Position numbers and translations under genes: made by a program
Notes under the pieces: generated by a model
The model's input: only the letters and a program-made list of their open reading frames with translations
Told to the model about the DNA's origin: nothing
The model's database searches: none
From: Cycas panzhihuaensis
Taxonomy: Eukaryota > Plantae > Cycadophyta
Assembly (NCBI GenBank): GCA_023213395.1
Contig: CM041465.1
Span: 205,413,741-205,477,740 of the forward strand
Direction: 5' to 3'
Length of the DNA stretch: 64,000 nt
Part shown: one piece after another, positions 27,337 through 41,443 of the stretch
How positions within the stretch are numbered: the stretch's first letter is position 1
Layout: each line of letters opens with the position of its first letter

Positions 27337-27924
27337 GGAATATAGAATAGAGAAACACTCCCAAAAGGAAAGGCTTTGAGAGCAACTAAAAATTTGAGCC
27401 TAATCCACTTTGATATCTTTAGTCCTAGGCCAACCACCTTGCCTAGAGAAGCCAAGTATTTCCTAACTTTTATTTATGACTTTTTAAGAAAAGTCTAGGT
27501 TTATCCATTAAAAGAAAAGTCTCAAACATTTGACATGTTTAAGAAATTTAAAGCAAAAGTAGAGAACAAAAGTGGAAAGAGAATAAAAATATTAAGATTA
27601 AACAATGGGGGAGAGTATACTTCCAAAGAATTTATCCAATTTTACAAAATCATGGCATAAAGAAATAGTTAATGATTATATATACTCTTTAGTAAAATAG
27701 AATTGTTGAAAGAATTAATAGAATATTGGTTGATAAAGTTAAGCTGATGATGAAAGCCAAGAATCTTTTAAAAATCTTTTGGGCAAAAGTAGTATATACA
27801 ATAACTTACCTAACAAATAAGAGTACTTCTAAAGTTGTAAGGAATAAATCACCTAAAAATGTATGGTCTAATTATAAGCCAATAGTTAATCATCTTAGAA
27901 TCTTTGAAAGCACTACACACATAT

Positions 27925-27950
27925 ACACACACACACATGTGTGTGTGTGT
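27925..27950. repeat. Perfect 26-bp (AC)6A-T(GT)6 palindrome
   Basis: acacacacacaca|tgtgtgtgtgtgt. Confidence 0.95.
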
Positions 27951-29980
27951 TCTCTAGGAGAAATGTCAAAGTTTGATGATGAAAGTTCCAAGTGTATTCT
28001 TGTTGGTTATAGTAAGGAAAGTAAAGTCTACAGGGTGTATGAATTGACATATAAAAAGGTGCATACTACTCAAGATGTTATCTTTGAATAAGAATAAGGT
28101 TCATATTAGATTCTGGAATAAGATACTCTAAAGATTTTGCAAGACAAAGGGAAATAGATGAAGAAATACCCTGAAATGAGTTTTAGGAGATAGTAATTTA
28201 TCAAGCCTAAAATAGAACTAAAAAGGAGGAAATTGAGGAGGAGAAATTTGAAGATGCTAAGGAAACATAATTAGAACCTAAGGTTGCTCCACCTATTAAA
28301 AAATTTCCTAAATAACATTTGAGAATCATGATTGAATCCTAGTTACCTAAAATAGAAGGTAAATACAAATCAAAGATGAGACCAAATATAGTCAATTTTT
28401 CTTTGATGGCAGATGTATTAAATATTGATAAACCTTCAAGTTTTAAAAAAGCCAACCAGTAGCAAAAGTGAAAGATAGTAATGGATATTAAAATATGTGT
28501 TGTTGATCAAAATGACACTTAGGATTTGGTTAAATTACTAATTAGCAAATATGCAATTAGATGTAAATGGGTCTATAAGACCAAGTTTAAATTAGATGGT
28601 ATAATTGATAAACATAAGGCAAAATTGGTATCCAAAAGGTTTAAGTAGATATAAGGTATTAATTACTATGAGATATTTGCTTTAGTGGTAAAGATAGTAA
28701 TAATTAGACTAATACTAGTAATAGCTACTCAAATCAAATAGTAGTTATACCAAATTGATGTCAAGAGCACTTTCCTTAATGGAGATCTTATAGAAGAGGT
28801 TTATATAGAGCAACCACTTGGATATATTATTGAAGGCAAAGAGATCTTGGTATGTCACTTGAAGAAGGCCTTGTATAGTCTTGAATAGGCTCTAAGAGCC
28901 TAGTATTCCAAGATCAATAGATATTTCTTAAATAATAGGTTTAAGAGATCACTTGCAAATCTAAGTCTATATATTAAATTTCAAGGAAATTTAGTCATAC
29001 TTATGGCAATGTATATAGATGATCTAGTGATCATAGGAAATAATGCCTCAAAGTTTGAAAGACTAAAAAATGATCTCAAAGAGACATTTGAAATGATAAA
29101 TCTTGGATTGTTCCTCTATTTTTTAGGAGTGGAAGTGTAGAAAAAGCCTAGAAAAAAATTTATTTTATATGGTAAGTATGTATGGAAAAATTTGAAAAAA
29201 ATTAGAATAGAGGATTGTAAACCTATTCATACCCCCATGGAAATCAGTTTAAAGCTAACAAGTCTAGATGATAATAATGATGAATGAGTTGATGGCATGC
29301 TACTCAGATAACTAGTAAGTAATTTAATTTACTTGGCTACTATTAGACCAAATATCTCTTTTATAGTTAGTATAGTATCAAGGTTCATAGTTGAACCAAA
29401 GTAAATCCATTAGAGAGTTACAAAGACAATCCTAAGATATTTGTAGGGAACACTATAATTTGGATCAGAGTTTAGCCAGAATAATAATTTCAAGCTAACT
29501 AGATACTCAGATTCTAATTAGGCTAGTTGTGAAGATAGCAAAAGGTTTACTTTAGGTTATTCTTTCAATATGGATTCTATCATTGTCACTTAGAGTAATG
29601 AGAAATAACCTAATGTTACTTTATCATCTACTCAGATAGAGTATAAAGCTATGGTTTTAGCTACTTGTGAGGCTATCTAATTGAGGTAGGGGCTTAGTGA
29701 TTTGGGACTATACTAAGAACAGGTAACCACTTTGTCCTGTGATAATTAAAGTATCTTGAAGATTGCCAAGAATTAAGTATTTCATGCACGTACTAAATAC
29801 ATTGAGATACATCATTATTTTATTAGGAAATAAATGTAAAATAGAGAGGTTATACTTCTATACCAACTAAGAGAGGAGTAGATTACTATTATTTTTACTA
29901 AATCTCTATTCAAGGATAAGTTTGATAAATTTAGATTTTGTATCAATGTTAAAAACAATGATATAAACAATAAGGGGGAA

Positions 29981-30296
29981 TGTTAGATTAATGTTCATGT
30001 TGGATAGGTGAGTCCTTAATAGGGACTCCTCGATGGGGAGTTATCAGTGTCCTTAATGGGGTGATAATAAATGATAATCAGTTATGTATCTTTTTGGGAC
30101 TATAACTGAACCAAAATGTATATTAATGTGAACAATATATGATGTATTGGAGATAGATGAGAGTGGCCATTTTGAATGAATAAAATTCTTTTAAAGGTAG
30201 ACTAATTCTACCTAGTATCTCTTATGTCTTTTTTATGATTATGTTACCAATGTAGAGTGTTAATTAATAGTTTTATACTTAACCCTTAATCTCGCA
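29981..30296 (+). repeat. 3' LTR of element G
   Basis: TG...CA termini, after a PPT, homologous to 24887-25138. Confidence 0.9.
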
Positions 30297-33200
30297 AATA
30301 ATAGTCCCTTCTTTTAAAATGATATGACCAAGCAATTTCCCTTTGATTACTCCAAACACATACTTCTTTGGGTTAAGGGAGATCTTGAATTATTTGCACC
30401 TGTATAATATTCTTTCCAAATACTCAAAGTGATCTTCCTATCCTTTGGAGTAGATAGTTATATCATCAAGATAGATGATAATAAATAGACCTATCTTTAA
30501 AGGAATGGTCTATAGCTCTTTAAAATGTGGCTGCTATATTAATTAACCCAAAAGACATCATCTTGTAAGAAAATATTCCCCAGAGAGTGGCAAATATGCT
30601 TTTAGGTTAGTCAAATTTAGAGACTAGAATTTGATTATATTCAAAGAAACCATCCAAATAAGGACATCATCTCTAAACCATTTATAGCCTATAGAATCTA
30701 TTCCATATATGGTAAAGGATAATTATCCTTGAAAGATTATTTATTTATATTCTTAAAGTTAACATAGAGATAAAGGTTGCCATTTTTTTCTTATCAAGAA
30801 TCAAGTTAGCTACCTATTATAAAACTCTAGAAAGGAAAATTATGTTAGCATCTAATGACTTTTTAAGGTCACCCAAAATTAAGATTCTTAGCTTTAGGTT
30901 CAAAGGTCTCTATTTTGGTTTAAATAACTTTACACTTAGCTTGATTAGAATGGTATATTGAATCACTTTCAAGTTTAAAACCTTCAAATCCTAGTACTTC
31001 CAAGTAAAAATTTCTTCATATCTTTTATAAATATTAGTGAATTTTTCTCATTCCTCTTGAGTACATACTTCATTGACATAAATCAATCTAGATTCATCTT
31101 GAGTACCTAGAGTAATGGGAATACTCTTATCCAAATCTATTTTTGAAACTTCATATTTATCAATATAAGCTTTAGAGAATCATTCATATTAAATAGGCCC
31201 TATAAAGTTGCCATCCCTTTTAGAATCCCATTTCATTTTATTTGAATAATACCTTCCTCATCCACATCATTTGACGCGTCTATGTTATCTAAGGAAAGAC
31301 TAGATTAGATCCCTCAACATGCTGATTAATAAACTCTTCTTAGCTCCATAGAAAATTCTTAATTTAGTTGTCATCCTCAAACACCTACTATTGATTAACA
31401 TTGTTAGGGATAGAAGACCAAGAAATGATCTCAACAATCTTGTTCTTAGAATTAACTAGATTAATTTCTAGCAAAGAAGTGACAAAGTCTAATAAGTTAG
31501 CTAATCAATTATCTTCTCTAAGGATGTGAGAGATTGAAAAAGCCTCAAAATCTTTAATCTTCTTAAGTACTTTCTCCCTATAGCTTTCCAATCTCTTATA
31601 CTTGATTAAGCACATAACTTTGACCTAGTTGATAATTAACATTGAGTTTCTAAGTGCCTTTAGGGATCTTACCTTAAGCTCTTTAGCTTTTTTTAGGGCC
31701 CAAATTAAGGCTTCATACTTTATTATGCTATTTATACATTAAAAATAAATAAATAAAAGAAAATAAAAAAGATTTATAATAAGGGGATTTAAAAACTACA
31801 ATGTATCTACTCCTATCTTTCAAATTTTATCCTTTATAGATAGGTTTTTAGGAATAACTAAATTACCATCTCACCTAAAGATTGCTAGAAAATAACATTC
31901 ACTATATCTTAGGTACTTTTACCCATAAGGTCATTCCTTATGGGCTTAAAAATGTATGAGTTACTTACTAATGAGCAATGCAATATATCTTCCAGGACTT
32001 GATCACTAAAATAATTACTATGGATATGAATGATATGCTTAACTTTTCTAAGTGCAAATAAGACTATACTCCTAACATTTAGGTCATTTTCAAAATATAT
32101 AATAATCTTTATAACTATGTATTTATTGTTATTACAATTAATTTTCTAAAGAATATAGTGTTGAAGAGGGGCATTAAAGTGGATCCCAAAAAATTTAAAA
32201 CCATTAGGGTGATGCCTCTTAAAAACTAGAGATAAATTAAGTCCTTTTCAAGAAGCTTTAGTATTCTATGTAGGTTCCTTACAAACTTTACTTTGAGTGC
32301 TAAGTCTTTGACTAACCTTCTCAAGGAATATTCCCCTTAATTGGACTCTTGAAGTCTAATAACTATTTAATCAATTAAAATAAACCCTAGTTTTGGTTCC
32401 AACATTAACCCCACTAAAGTTTAATTAACCCTTTATTTTATACAACTATATAATGGAGGTATCACCTAAGAGCATGCCCTCATAAGAAGATGACTTTGGT
32501 TAAGAAAATCCCTTTTACTTTATCAATGAGACTTTTGTGGTTGTAAATTCAATTATACTATCACAAAAAATGAATACCTTAGCTTGGTCTTTACTTCCAA
32601 GAAGTTAAGATATTATATGTTAGACAACACCATGGAGGTTATTGTCTAAATTAATCCTATAATACTTCTAATAAAGATTGACTTAACAGGGTAATCAAAA
32701 AATGAGCTTTACTATTACAAGAATTTGACTTAGAAGTAGTGAGGTATAAATCTAAACAAGGAACAATAGTAGTTAAATAATTTATAGTTATGCCTTTGCT
32801 TAATAATTCTAATGAAGGGATTGGTGATTCTCTCCTTAACAAACATGTACTCTATATGAACACCACTTAGGATGGGGAAGGATGGTATGGATACAGTATC
32901 CATTACCTTGAAACGTAATGCATCTTGAAGGGACCCATTCCAAAAAGAAAAGAAGGGTTAAAGCTACATCATGAAAATACATTATCATGGATGACACCTT
33001 ATACAAAGGTCCTTTGAAGAAATAACACTTAGATGTCTCTTCCTATCTAAAACTTAAGAGGTATTAAACTAGTGTCATGATGGGATATGCAAGGGGCATT
33101 TTAGAGAAAAATCCACTACCTAGAGAATCCTAAGGATGGGATATTATTAGCCTACTTTATTTAAGTATGTTCATACTTACATCCTAAAATGCAAAAAGTG

Positions 33201-34996
33201 ACAAACCTATGCTACCCTCATCTACCAACTAATATTTATATAAAGGCAATAGTTCCTTTGTGGCCCTTTTCTTAATGGGGTCTAAATTTGATTAGGCAAA
33301 TTTATACTACATCTACTAAAGGTCATGATTTAATCTTAACAACTATAGAATACATGGCAATGTTAAGCAAAGCCATTATACTAATTACTATTATAGAAAA
33401 AGTCATTATTATGTTTATCTTCTAACACACCATATATAAATTTAGGGTCCCTAATATAATTATCACTAATAATAGATCTTATTTCTATAATAAGCATATG
33501 AATGAACTTTGTAACAAATTTACTATCACACATAGGATCTCATCCCCTTACTACCCACAAGTAAATAGAGAAGTCAAAGCCTTCAATAGAATTTTAGAAA
33601 ATTTTATGTTAAAAATTATATCCACCTCACATTAAGATTTATATATCTAATTGTGTCTAATATTATGGGCCTATAAAAGCTTAATTTGTATAATAAATAG
33701 TATGGCATCCTTCTCCTTGATATACGACAATGAAGCAATACCTTCATTAGAAGTTGAAATCGCCTCCTTTAAAATATATTATAGCCCCCACAACCTAGAG
33801 ATAATATAGCCTAGTAGGTTAGCGTCATAAGTTAATATAATAAAATTAGTAATGGGTAGTAGCATTTAATATAGTTACATAATGTTTGAGACCACACAAA
33901 AGTTAATAAAAGGTATTATCATGAGGAGTATGACAGCATAAGGGTTAATTATATGCACTAGAATTAATGATGTGGTAGTTAATGTAAGTGAGTAGTTAGT
34001 ATGATGATTAAAGTAGTAAGTTTATCAAGTTGTGTGCATATTTTATGTATAAATACACCCTCCTATGTATTGTAAACGTTAATTACTATTTTATTAAATC
34101 AAATATATTATTCTTCAATGAAGATGAATATATTAATTTTCATTTACTCACTTGATTTTCATGGGGTTTATCATCAAATTCCTTGAGTATTTTAGATAAC
34201 AAATTCTAGCTCTATTACAACTGATATTAGAGTGGTGATACTTGACTAGTAAGTAATAATTTTTTCTTCTATTGAGGTTTTATTTACTATGAGGATTAAA
34301 TCACAAGTTATCAAGTCCAATTGATAACTTTATATTTCACTTTAGAGGATTTGAAGGAACGAGTTAAGATTTAGTGTATTGATTTACAAACACCACTAAT
34401 TTCAATTAGTAATTTAGCCATTTGAATATGTTGTAAATTTAGAGATTACCCTAAGGTTTTTAGAGCCATATCAAGGGATATAAGTGACTTTATGCTAACA
34501 TAGAACATTTATGGACATGAAAAGGTTCCTCAACCATAATTCATCATAGGCACAATGTGTAGTCTAGTCCTATATATTTCACACCTAGTTTTTTATTGCA
34601 CATGCCTTTTTGCATAAGCCAATAATAGTATCATTAGGGTTCCAACTATATTTATATAATCTGTTAGGATGAATCAATCTCAATAATCACTATAAAATCT
34701 ATAAGAAGTAGACCAAATAGCATAATCTTTATTATGAAATAAGAACAAATTATAGACCAAGCTCACCAAAGAGAATCAAAGTAGTACAATAGCATGCTAG
34801 GACACAAGATCACATATATTTGATAACCCTACTTTGCTCTTGTTAGGCCTTTTATAGACAATAGCGACCTCTCTACAAGGCTACCATTAGTAAGAGAAAA
34901 TGACCCACATATATGTTAAGGGCTAGCACTAACTATTATGTCAAGTGGTCATATGTGCTAGTTAATAGGTTTCATGCAATTAGGTTGGCTATGTAA

Positions 34997-37900
34997 TGGA
35001 AGGGTTCCATAAGCAATTTGTACTAATTTGTTATAAAGAGTATTAATAAAATTGTAAAATATGTAGCCAATAGATTTCTTTTATTAATTATAAGAACACC
35101 AAAAGATCACCAAATTCATATAATAGTACAATATTATAAATGAACTCTAGAGATAAGCCCTTCTTTACAAAGATTGAGCCTTAAATAGATGAGAATGACC
35201 CTTCCTCATATAATTCTATTAGTAAAAAAAATGACCCTTATTCTTATTAGAGGATATAAGTGGCCCATGAACATAAGTTTATAATAAGCTCTAACCATCA
35301 TGCACCTTGATCACATGGACTAATAACATGGTTATACTAGTTGTAGGTAATTATGTAATAAGCCCTCCTAAGAAATTAAGTCCTTAAAGCTTAAAAGATG
35401 CAAGTACTACTTGAAAAAATTATTAGATTCCCATGTTGCTTCCTTTAGATCATAATTGACCCACTGCACTAAATGCTTAAAGATGGTCCAATTATAAAGG
35501 TGATATTGTCAATTGGTAATGACATAGTTAGGGAGAATAGTTAGTAATTATTCATCATTAAGGATGGAAAGGATAAGCTAGGGAACAATATTCTTGGTAA
35601 GGTATTTATTTAAGTAGGAGACATGGAATGCATTATGGATTTTTATGTCTAGGAGGGGTTTGAGTATGTAGGTATTGACCAATTTTTTTAATCAGCTTAT
35701 ATAGGCCATAATAGTGTGGGATTAGCTTGTGGTTTTTATAGGATATAAGGGATTATTGTTTATATGGTTGAAGATAAAGGAATACTAGATCATTGATGGA
35801 TAAGAAATGGTCAAAATGATAACAGTTAAGGAGTTACATTATATGATTCTATGCATTTTCTAGGTTTTGGTTAACTATATATAAGATTTAGTTCATCACT
35901 TAAAGATTTTACTAGATAAAAGCATGGGTTACTGGATAGTGTCTAATGAGATGGTAGGGTGTACCCATAGAGAGTCATAAATGAGGATATACCTATGGCT
36001 ATATGATGTGACATGTTATACTAGTATTCAATAAGGGGTAACCAAGAAGTCCACTTAGCTTCATGATCAAAACAGAAACAACGTAAATAAGTTTTAAGTG
36101 TTTTATTTAGTACTTATAATCAACCATTTAATTAAGGGTGGTAGGTCATACTCATGTTAAATGAGGTTCCTAATTCCCTAAATAATACTTGCTAAAAAGA
36201 GTTAGTGAACTTAGGGCTTCAATCATATAAAATAAAGAGGGAAACTTATGTAAGAAAAAGATAGATTAGATGTAGAGATCAGTAAGGCATGATGCCTCAT
36301 AAGAAGTATATACCAATATGAAATGGGTATACTCAATTAGCTTGTTAAGATTAAGTCAAATCTAGTAGAAATTATCAAACCTATAATAAAGTCCATGCCT
36401 ATGTCTTACCATTTACCTTGGGAAATATACAAGGGCTATAGGATACTTAGCAAATTTTTAGTATCCACCTTGTTTCTTTGGCAAGTGACACATTTAGACA
36501 TAAATGTAAGGATGGTCAATTTTATAAGAGGCTAAAATAAATCTACATGAATGCAACAACATGTCTAATCAAATCTGGAGTGGCCCCTAAGGGGGTAGAA
36601 AGGTATTTAGATAAGATGTGAGGAATGAAGGAGGAGGTAGAATGGATAAAAATATGATTTTAGAGTAAGAGGGGGTTATTATAGGTTGACCATCCCTTTT
36701 AGCTATGGGCTTTCATAAGCCATTATGGGTAGCTTGATTGAGATAGGTTTCTTATAGCTAAATCTTCCAACCATGTGGGGTGGGGTTTAGAGATGGCATA
36801 GATGGCAAGATCAAGAGTGCTTGGATCAAAAGATAGGCATGATAGGGCATCTATAATAATATTATCTTTATCCCTCTTATATAATATGGTAGATCCAAAC
36901 ACTTATAAGCAATCAATCCATTTAACTTATTCTTCTAATAGTATAGACTAGTCTAGAAGATTATGAAGACTATGGTGATTTGTGAGGACTTTGAACTTAG
37001 AGCCTAAGAGATATGGTCACCACTTGTCTACTACATGCAAGGTTGCCTTCATTTCCTTTTGACAGGTTAATAACTAACATTCATGATATTTGAGTTTTTA
37101 GATTTTAAATATAATAGGATGAAAATTTTACATAAGGACTACTCTTAAGCCAAATCTTGAGGCATCATAGTCAAGTTAAAAGGGTTAAGAAAAGTCTAGA
37201 ATGGAAAGGATGAGTATTGAAATCATGACTTCTTTTAAGTGGTTAAAGGTAGCTTTTACAATTAGGGACCACTAGAATAAGTCTTTACATAAAAGGTTAA
37301 AGAGTGGGGCATCCAAAGAAGCATAACTATAAAGAAAACAATGGTAAAATCTCATGAGACTGAGCAAAGCCCATAGTTGGGTGAGATTTTTAGGTGTTGG
37401 CCAAGTGGTGATAAGTGAAATTTTATTTAGTGTCTACTCATACACTAGTTGTTGAAATGATATATCCTAATTATTGTAATTTAGATTTACCAAATCTACA
37501 TTTTGAATGTTTAGTGTATAGCTACTACCGGTGCAAGACTTAAAGAATAATTTCTAGATGGCAAAGATGATGGGCTAGACAAGAGTTATAAATAAGTATG
37601 TCATCAAAGAAAGTAATGATAAGTTTTCAAAGGTGGGAAGAAAAAATTATGTTCATTAAGGCTTTGAAGGTAGCATGCCATTGCAAAGGTTAAAGGGCAT
37701 TACCTAGAACTCAAAATGGCCATGATTAGTTTGAAACATTATCTTACGATGATCCTTAGTTTTATGGGGATTTGATAATAATCTAATTGAAGGTCTAGTT
37801 TCAAAATATTATGGCACCATGAATTTCATTAAGCATATCATCAATTCATAGTGTGGAGAACTTATTTTTCATGGTTATCTTATTAAGCTCCTTGTAGCCC

Positions 37901-40900
37901 ACATAGAGGAAGAAAGAATCATCCCCTTTTCAAGATAAGTATGATTAGCATAACATAGAGGATTTTGCTTGGTTGTATAATTTCCATATCAATTAGCTCT
38001 TTGACAATCTTCTCAATCTTATTTTTGTTTTAAATAATAATTTCTAGAGGCCTTAAGGTTAATGGGGTCATAAGAATACTGGAGTTCAATGGTCTAATGG
38101 AAGTTACAATCTTGAGGAATAGTGGTTAGGAGGGGGGTAAAGACCTATTGGTATTTAGTAATATTACCTTGAATGTTAGGATGAATATTAGAGTCATCTT
38201 GGATGTTATTAATTCAAACCATATATCCATTGTTGGATTGCAAATACCTCATCATTCAACTTGGGGATATACACTAATTAGGAGGGGATTAAATCATATG
38301 AAGCTTATGAGTCTTACCTATATTATCCTTAAATGATATAAAAGTATTATTAGGAGAATAACTATTGTTATACATGCCAAGGTTTTGTAGCCACTATTTA
38401 AAGATATTATCTAACCCACTTATAGATATAGCATAAAAATTAGAAACTAAGAGGTGTGTACCTATCTAAACCTATAAATTCCTGATAATCCCAACATAAT
38501 ATAACTTCTAATATCTAGGTGAGGAGTAGGTGGAGCCTATTTTTGGCACTATATATAGGTTAAATTGTCTATCGAGTGAGATATCAATGAATTTTAATGA
38601 CATTCCACCATCAATTAGGATGGGTATAGGGTTTTATAGAGTGTACCTCTTACTCTTAGTGATTCTAGATAGGCAATAGAAGAAATAATAGATAAGGATA
38701 TATCTAGTTTAGGATTATGGTAAGGTTCTAAGGGTGGGTCTTCCTTGGGTTACTGATCTAAATCTAAATTATAGTTTTTATCATATTAAAGTTTAGGGTT
38801 AATGGTGAAGACCATATACCTGGTTTTACAAGTATGACCATGACTAGGAACCCACTTCTCTTAGTATTATATGCAAAGGTCTACTTCTTTGCATCAGCTC
38901 ACTTCTACTAAAGGTACCTAGACTAGGTTTGATGAAGTTTCTAGTAGTGGCTAATCTATTAGAGGATGATGTGCCTCATATTTTCATGCTTATTGGTAAG
39001 GAAAATCTACTTGTCAGGCTCATTGGTACCATGGGAAATCTTGACAGAAAGACATTGACCATTCATATATAAATTCATATTCTACTACCTTAGCTATAAA
39101 CATGACCTATCTTAAACTTGATATTTTGATTGTATTTAGGTATATTTCAATGTACACTTTAAGGTCAACATTATATATTTCCACTATTGTTTGTTGATCT
39201 AAGGATTAGCCAACTCAAGTCTAAAGATATTAGAATTACTCTACATATGCATTAACTAACATTGTCTCTTTTAACCATGTGAGCTAAAAAAAGAAAGAAA
39301 GGTTCTAAGTCTCTTCATATTATTTAAAGAAACTTTTACAAATTTTTATCCAAGTTTGATTAGCTAAGTATTCTGTATAACACCATTAGAACCAATGGTA
39401 TGCCTTGTCATCCACATGAATTATAATGAACATTAATTAATCATCGATAAGCATGGGATTGAGTGAGAAGTAGAAGTCTAACTTACTGATCTAACCTAAA
39501 GAATTATCTTTATTTAAGTTAGGATCGATAGTTGGTATATTAATCTTATAGTGGATCGACTACTGATGTGGAGTAGGCCTTAGGATATGAGGCTATAATA
39601 TAAGACCTTATGTAGGTTGTAATATCAAACCTACTGTGTTTTAGGCCGATGCCATATTAGCTACTAGTGTTGATATGTGAGTGCTAATATTTGAAACTTC
39701 CTTTAATAGGAAATTAAGATGCTTTGACATATTATCCTAGTTTTGATCAACAGTCTTTTATTTCATTTTAAAGTTGTCCACTCTCTTAAACATGTCTATG
39801 AATTAGGTCTCAAGAGCTTAGAGACAGTCTGTTTGTGTTGCCACCATCAAGATACCCTTTTGTAAGAGAAAGAAGTGGAATTTAATATAAATTAAGAATA
39901 AGGCAAAAGAAAGGTCTTAACTAAGAGGAAATAAGATTAATAGAAAAAGAGTGAAGAGGTGGGAAGTATTATAGATGGGGAAAAGGGCAATAGGGATAAG
40001 AGGTGTTTATAGCTTGTTAAGCCCTAAAAATACTTAATAATTTTACCTAATATACTAGGTAATGGCTCTCTTTCTCTCTCTCTCTCTCTCTCTCAAGGAG
40101 GGTGGACTCAAATGGGTTAAACTAGACTCAAAGGATCTAAACTAGATGCAAAAATCAAAAGCCTACTAAAGGTTTAGATAGGAAGTATTCATAGATTCAA
40201 GCTTTTAGACATAGGTCTTGATCTTTTATATTATAAGATTTCTCTATCTTTGGTATAGCTTGTTACTTAGCAAGATTAAATTATTATACTATTTATGCTT
40301 TTATTTTAAGTGCCCTAATCATGATTATGGAAGTACTTAATTATTTTAGTGGTCTTTAGGAACTAGAAGGAAGTATAAAAGTCTCTATAGTTGATATTAT
40401 ATTTGGAAGTACCTAAGACTTAAGAAACATGGTGTACTTGGTTATGTAAGCCCCTTTATTAACTTCCCAGTTATTACTACTACTTTGTCTAATCTCTTAT
40501 GGTACCAACTATAGAGGAAATCTATTACCATAGTTATGGTAGTTGTAGTGGGGTATTCATGAAGAGTAACTTCCAAATACCAATCGCTACTTTGTGCACT
40601 ATAGAGGATAGGCACCTGATAGTTTTTTCTAAACTAGGTAAGGTAAAGGAACCTATAAGGATCCTTTGATATTCGTAAGGGTACATAGAGGCTCAAGTCC
40701 ATAGGAAAGTTTTGTTTAAGGCCTACATAAGTAGTGTGATCTAATTCACTTCATGCATGGGTGTATACCCACATATGCTTGGCCTAGAATGATAGATCCT
40801 TATGATGTTTAAAGACCCCTAACATAAGGTCTATACTTAATAATTAGGGGATACAAGAGGGCGATACTAGTTGCCTACTTACAACTAATTACGAAATCTT

Positions 40901-41443
40901 CTCAAAGTAATAGAAACTTTAGAAAACATAAATGAAAGTAGGAGAGGGTTTTCAGAATTTCACTAAGCGAAAAAAAAATCCTAATTTTTTTCATCCCTCC
41001 TATTGATCTACTTCTTTGGGTGGATCTACAACTTAGCCCTAACATCACTTGGAAGAGTTCCATAAGTAATCCACATCAATTTTTTATAAAGAGCACCTAG
41101 AAAATTGTAAAATATACAGCTAATATATTTATTTAATTAATTTATGCACCAAAGTCATAAAAAAAGGTACTTATAAGAACACCAGAAGATCACCAAATTC
41201 ATATGATAATGGGATATTATAAATGAACTCTAGACATAATCTTTCCTTTACAAAAATTAAGCCTTAAATAGATGAGAATATCCCTTCTTAATACAATTCT
41301 ATTGGTGGAAAAGATTTCCCTCATTCTTATTGGAGGATATAAGTAGTCCATGCACACAAATTCATAACAAGCTCTAACCATCATGTGCCTTAGTCACATG
41401 GACTGATAATGCAATTTTTCTAGCTATAGATACATATGTAATA
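34997..41443 (-). mobile_element. Degenerate chromovirus (Reina-like) Ty3/gypsy element (E), TSD TGTAA/TATAA
   Basis: LTRs at 41050-41443 and 34997-35360, eroded PBS at 41036-41047, PPT complement gccctcct at 35362. Minus-strand motifs: gag HVDDKAYHW (~39400), protease LIDGG (~38610), RT YKELNKIT, HGHFEF*VMPF and FFDDILI (37900-37590), chromodomain HLVQWVNYDLKEATWE (~35478-35428). Confidence 0.87.
40066..40094. repeat. (CT)n microsatellite
   Basis: Read directly. Confidence 0.92.

Larger units (their letters stand above)
26583..29970 (+). pseudogene. Copia pol pseudogene of G (PR-INT-RT-RH)
   Basis: ORF 26583-26870 protease WYIDSSAIRHM, ORF 27726-28091 integrase, RT motifs QIDVKSTFLNGDL (~28750) and YIDDL (~29012), RNase H motif HARTKYIEIHHYFIR (~29783). 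Confidence 0.9.
24887..30296 (+). mobile_element. Degenerate Ty1/copia element (G); gag missing and 5' LTR truncated at its 5' end
   Basis: LTR remnant ~24887-25138 matches 29981-30296. PBS tggtatcagagt at 25141-25152. PPT aagggggaa at 29972-29980. Confidence 0.88.
24750..31830 (-). mobile_element. Fragment of a Tat-type Ty3/gypsy element (aRH upstream of RT), interrupted by copia G
   Basis: Minus-strand translation gives an aRH-like CINSIIKYEALIWALKKAKELKV...NSMLIIN*V (~31740-31620) and SIPNNV..VFEDD (~31410-31370). RT motifs follow: KDNYPLP, LDGFFEYNQ, MSFGLIN, IYLDDIT, LNPKKYVFGV (30730-30300). The frame resumes at 24890-24750 as FFGKINLLRRLILDF. Confidence 0.8.

Noticed and set aside
26997-27455. 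Six overlapping YIYI/CMYV-rich ORFs
   Set aside because: They are translations of a stop-free (TA)n microsatellite, not genes.
31740-31900. Inversion of a single Tat element producing back-to-back halves
   Set aside because: Both halves contain the same RT segment (MPFGL and YxDD equivalents) with different sequences, so they are separate copies.
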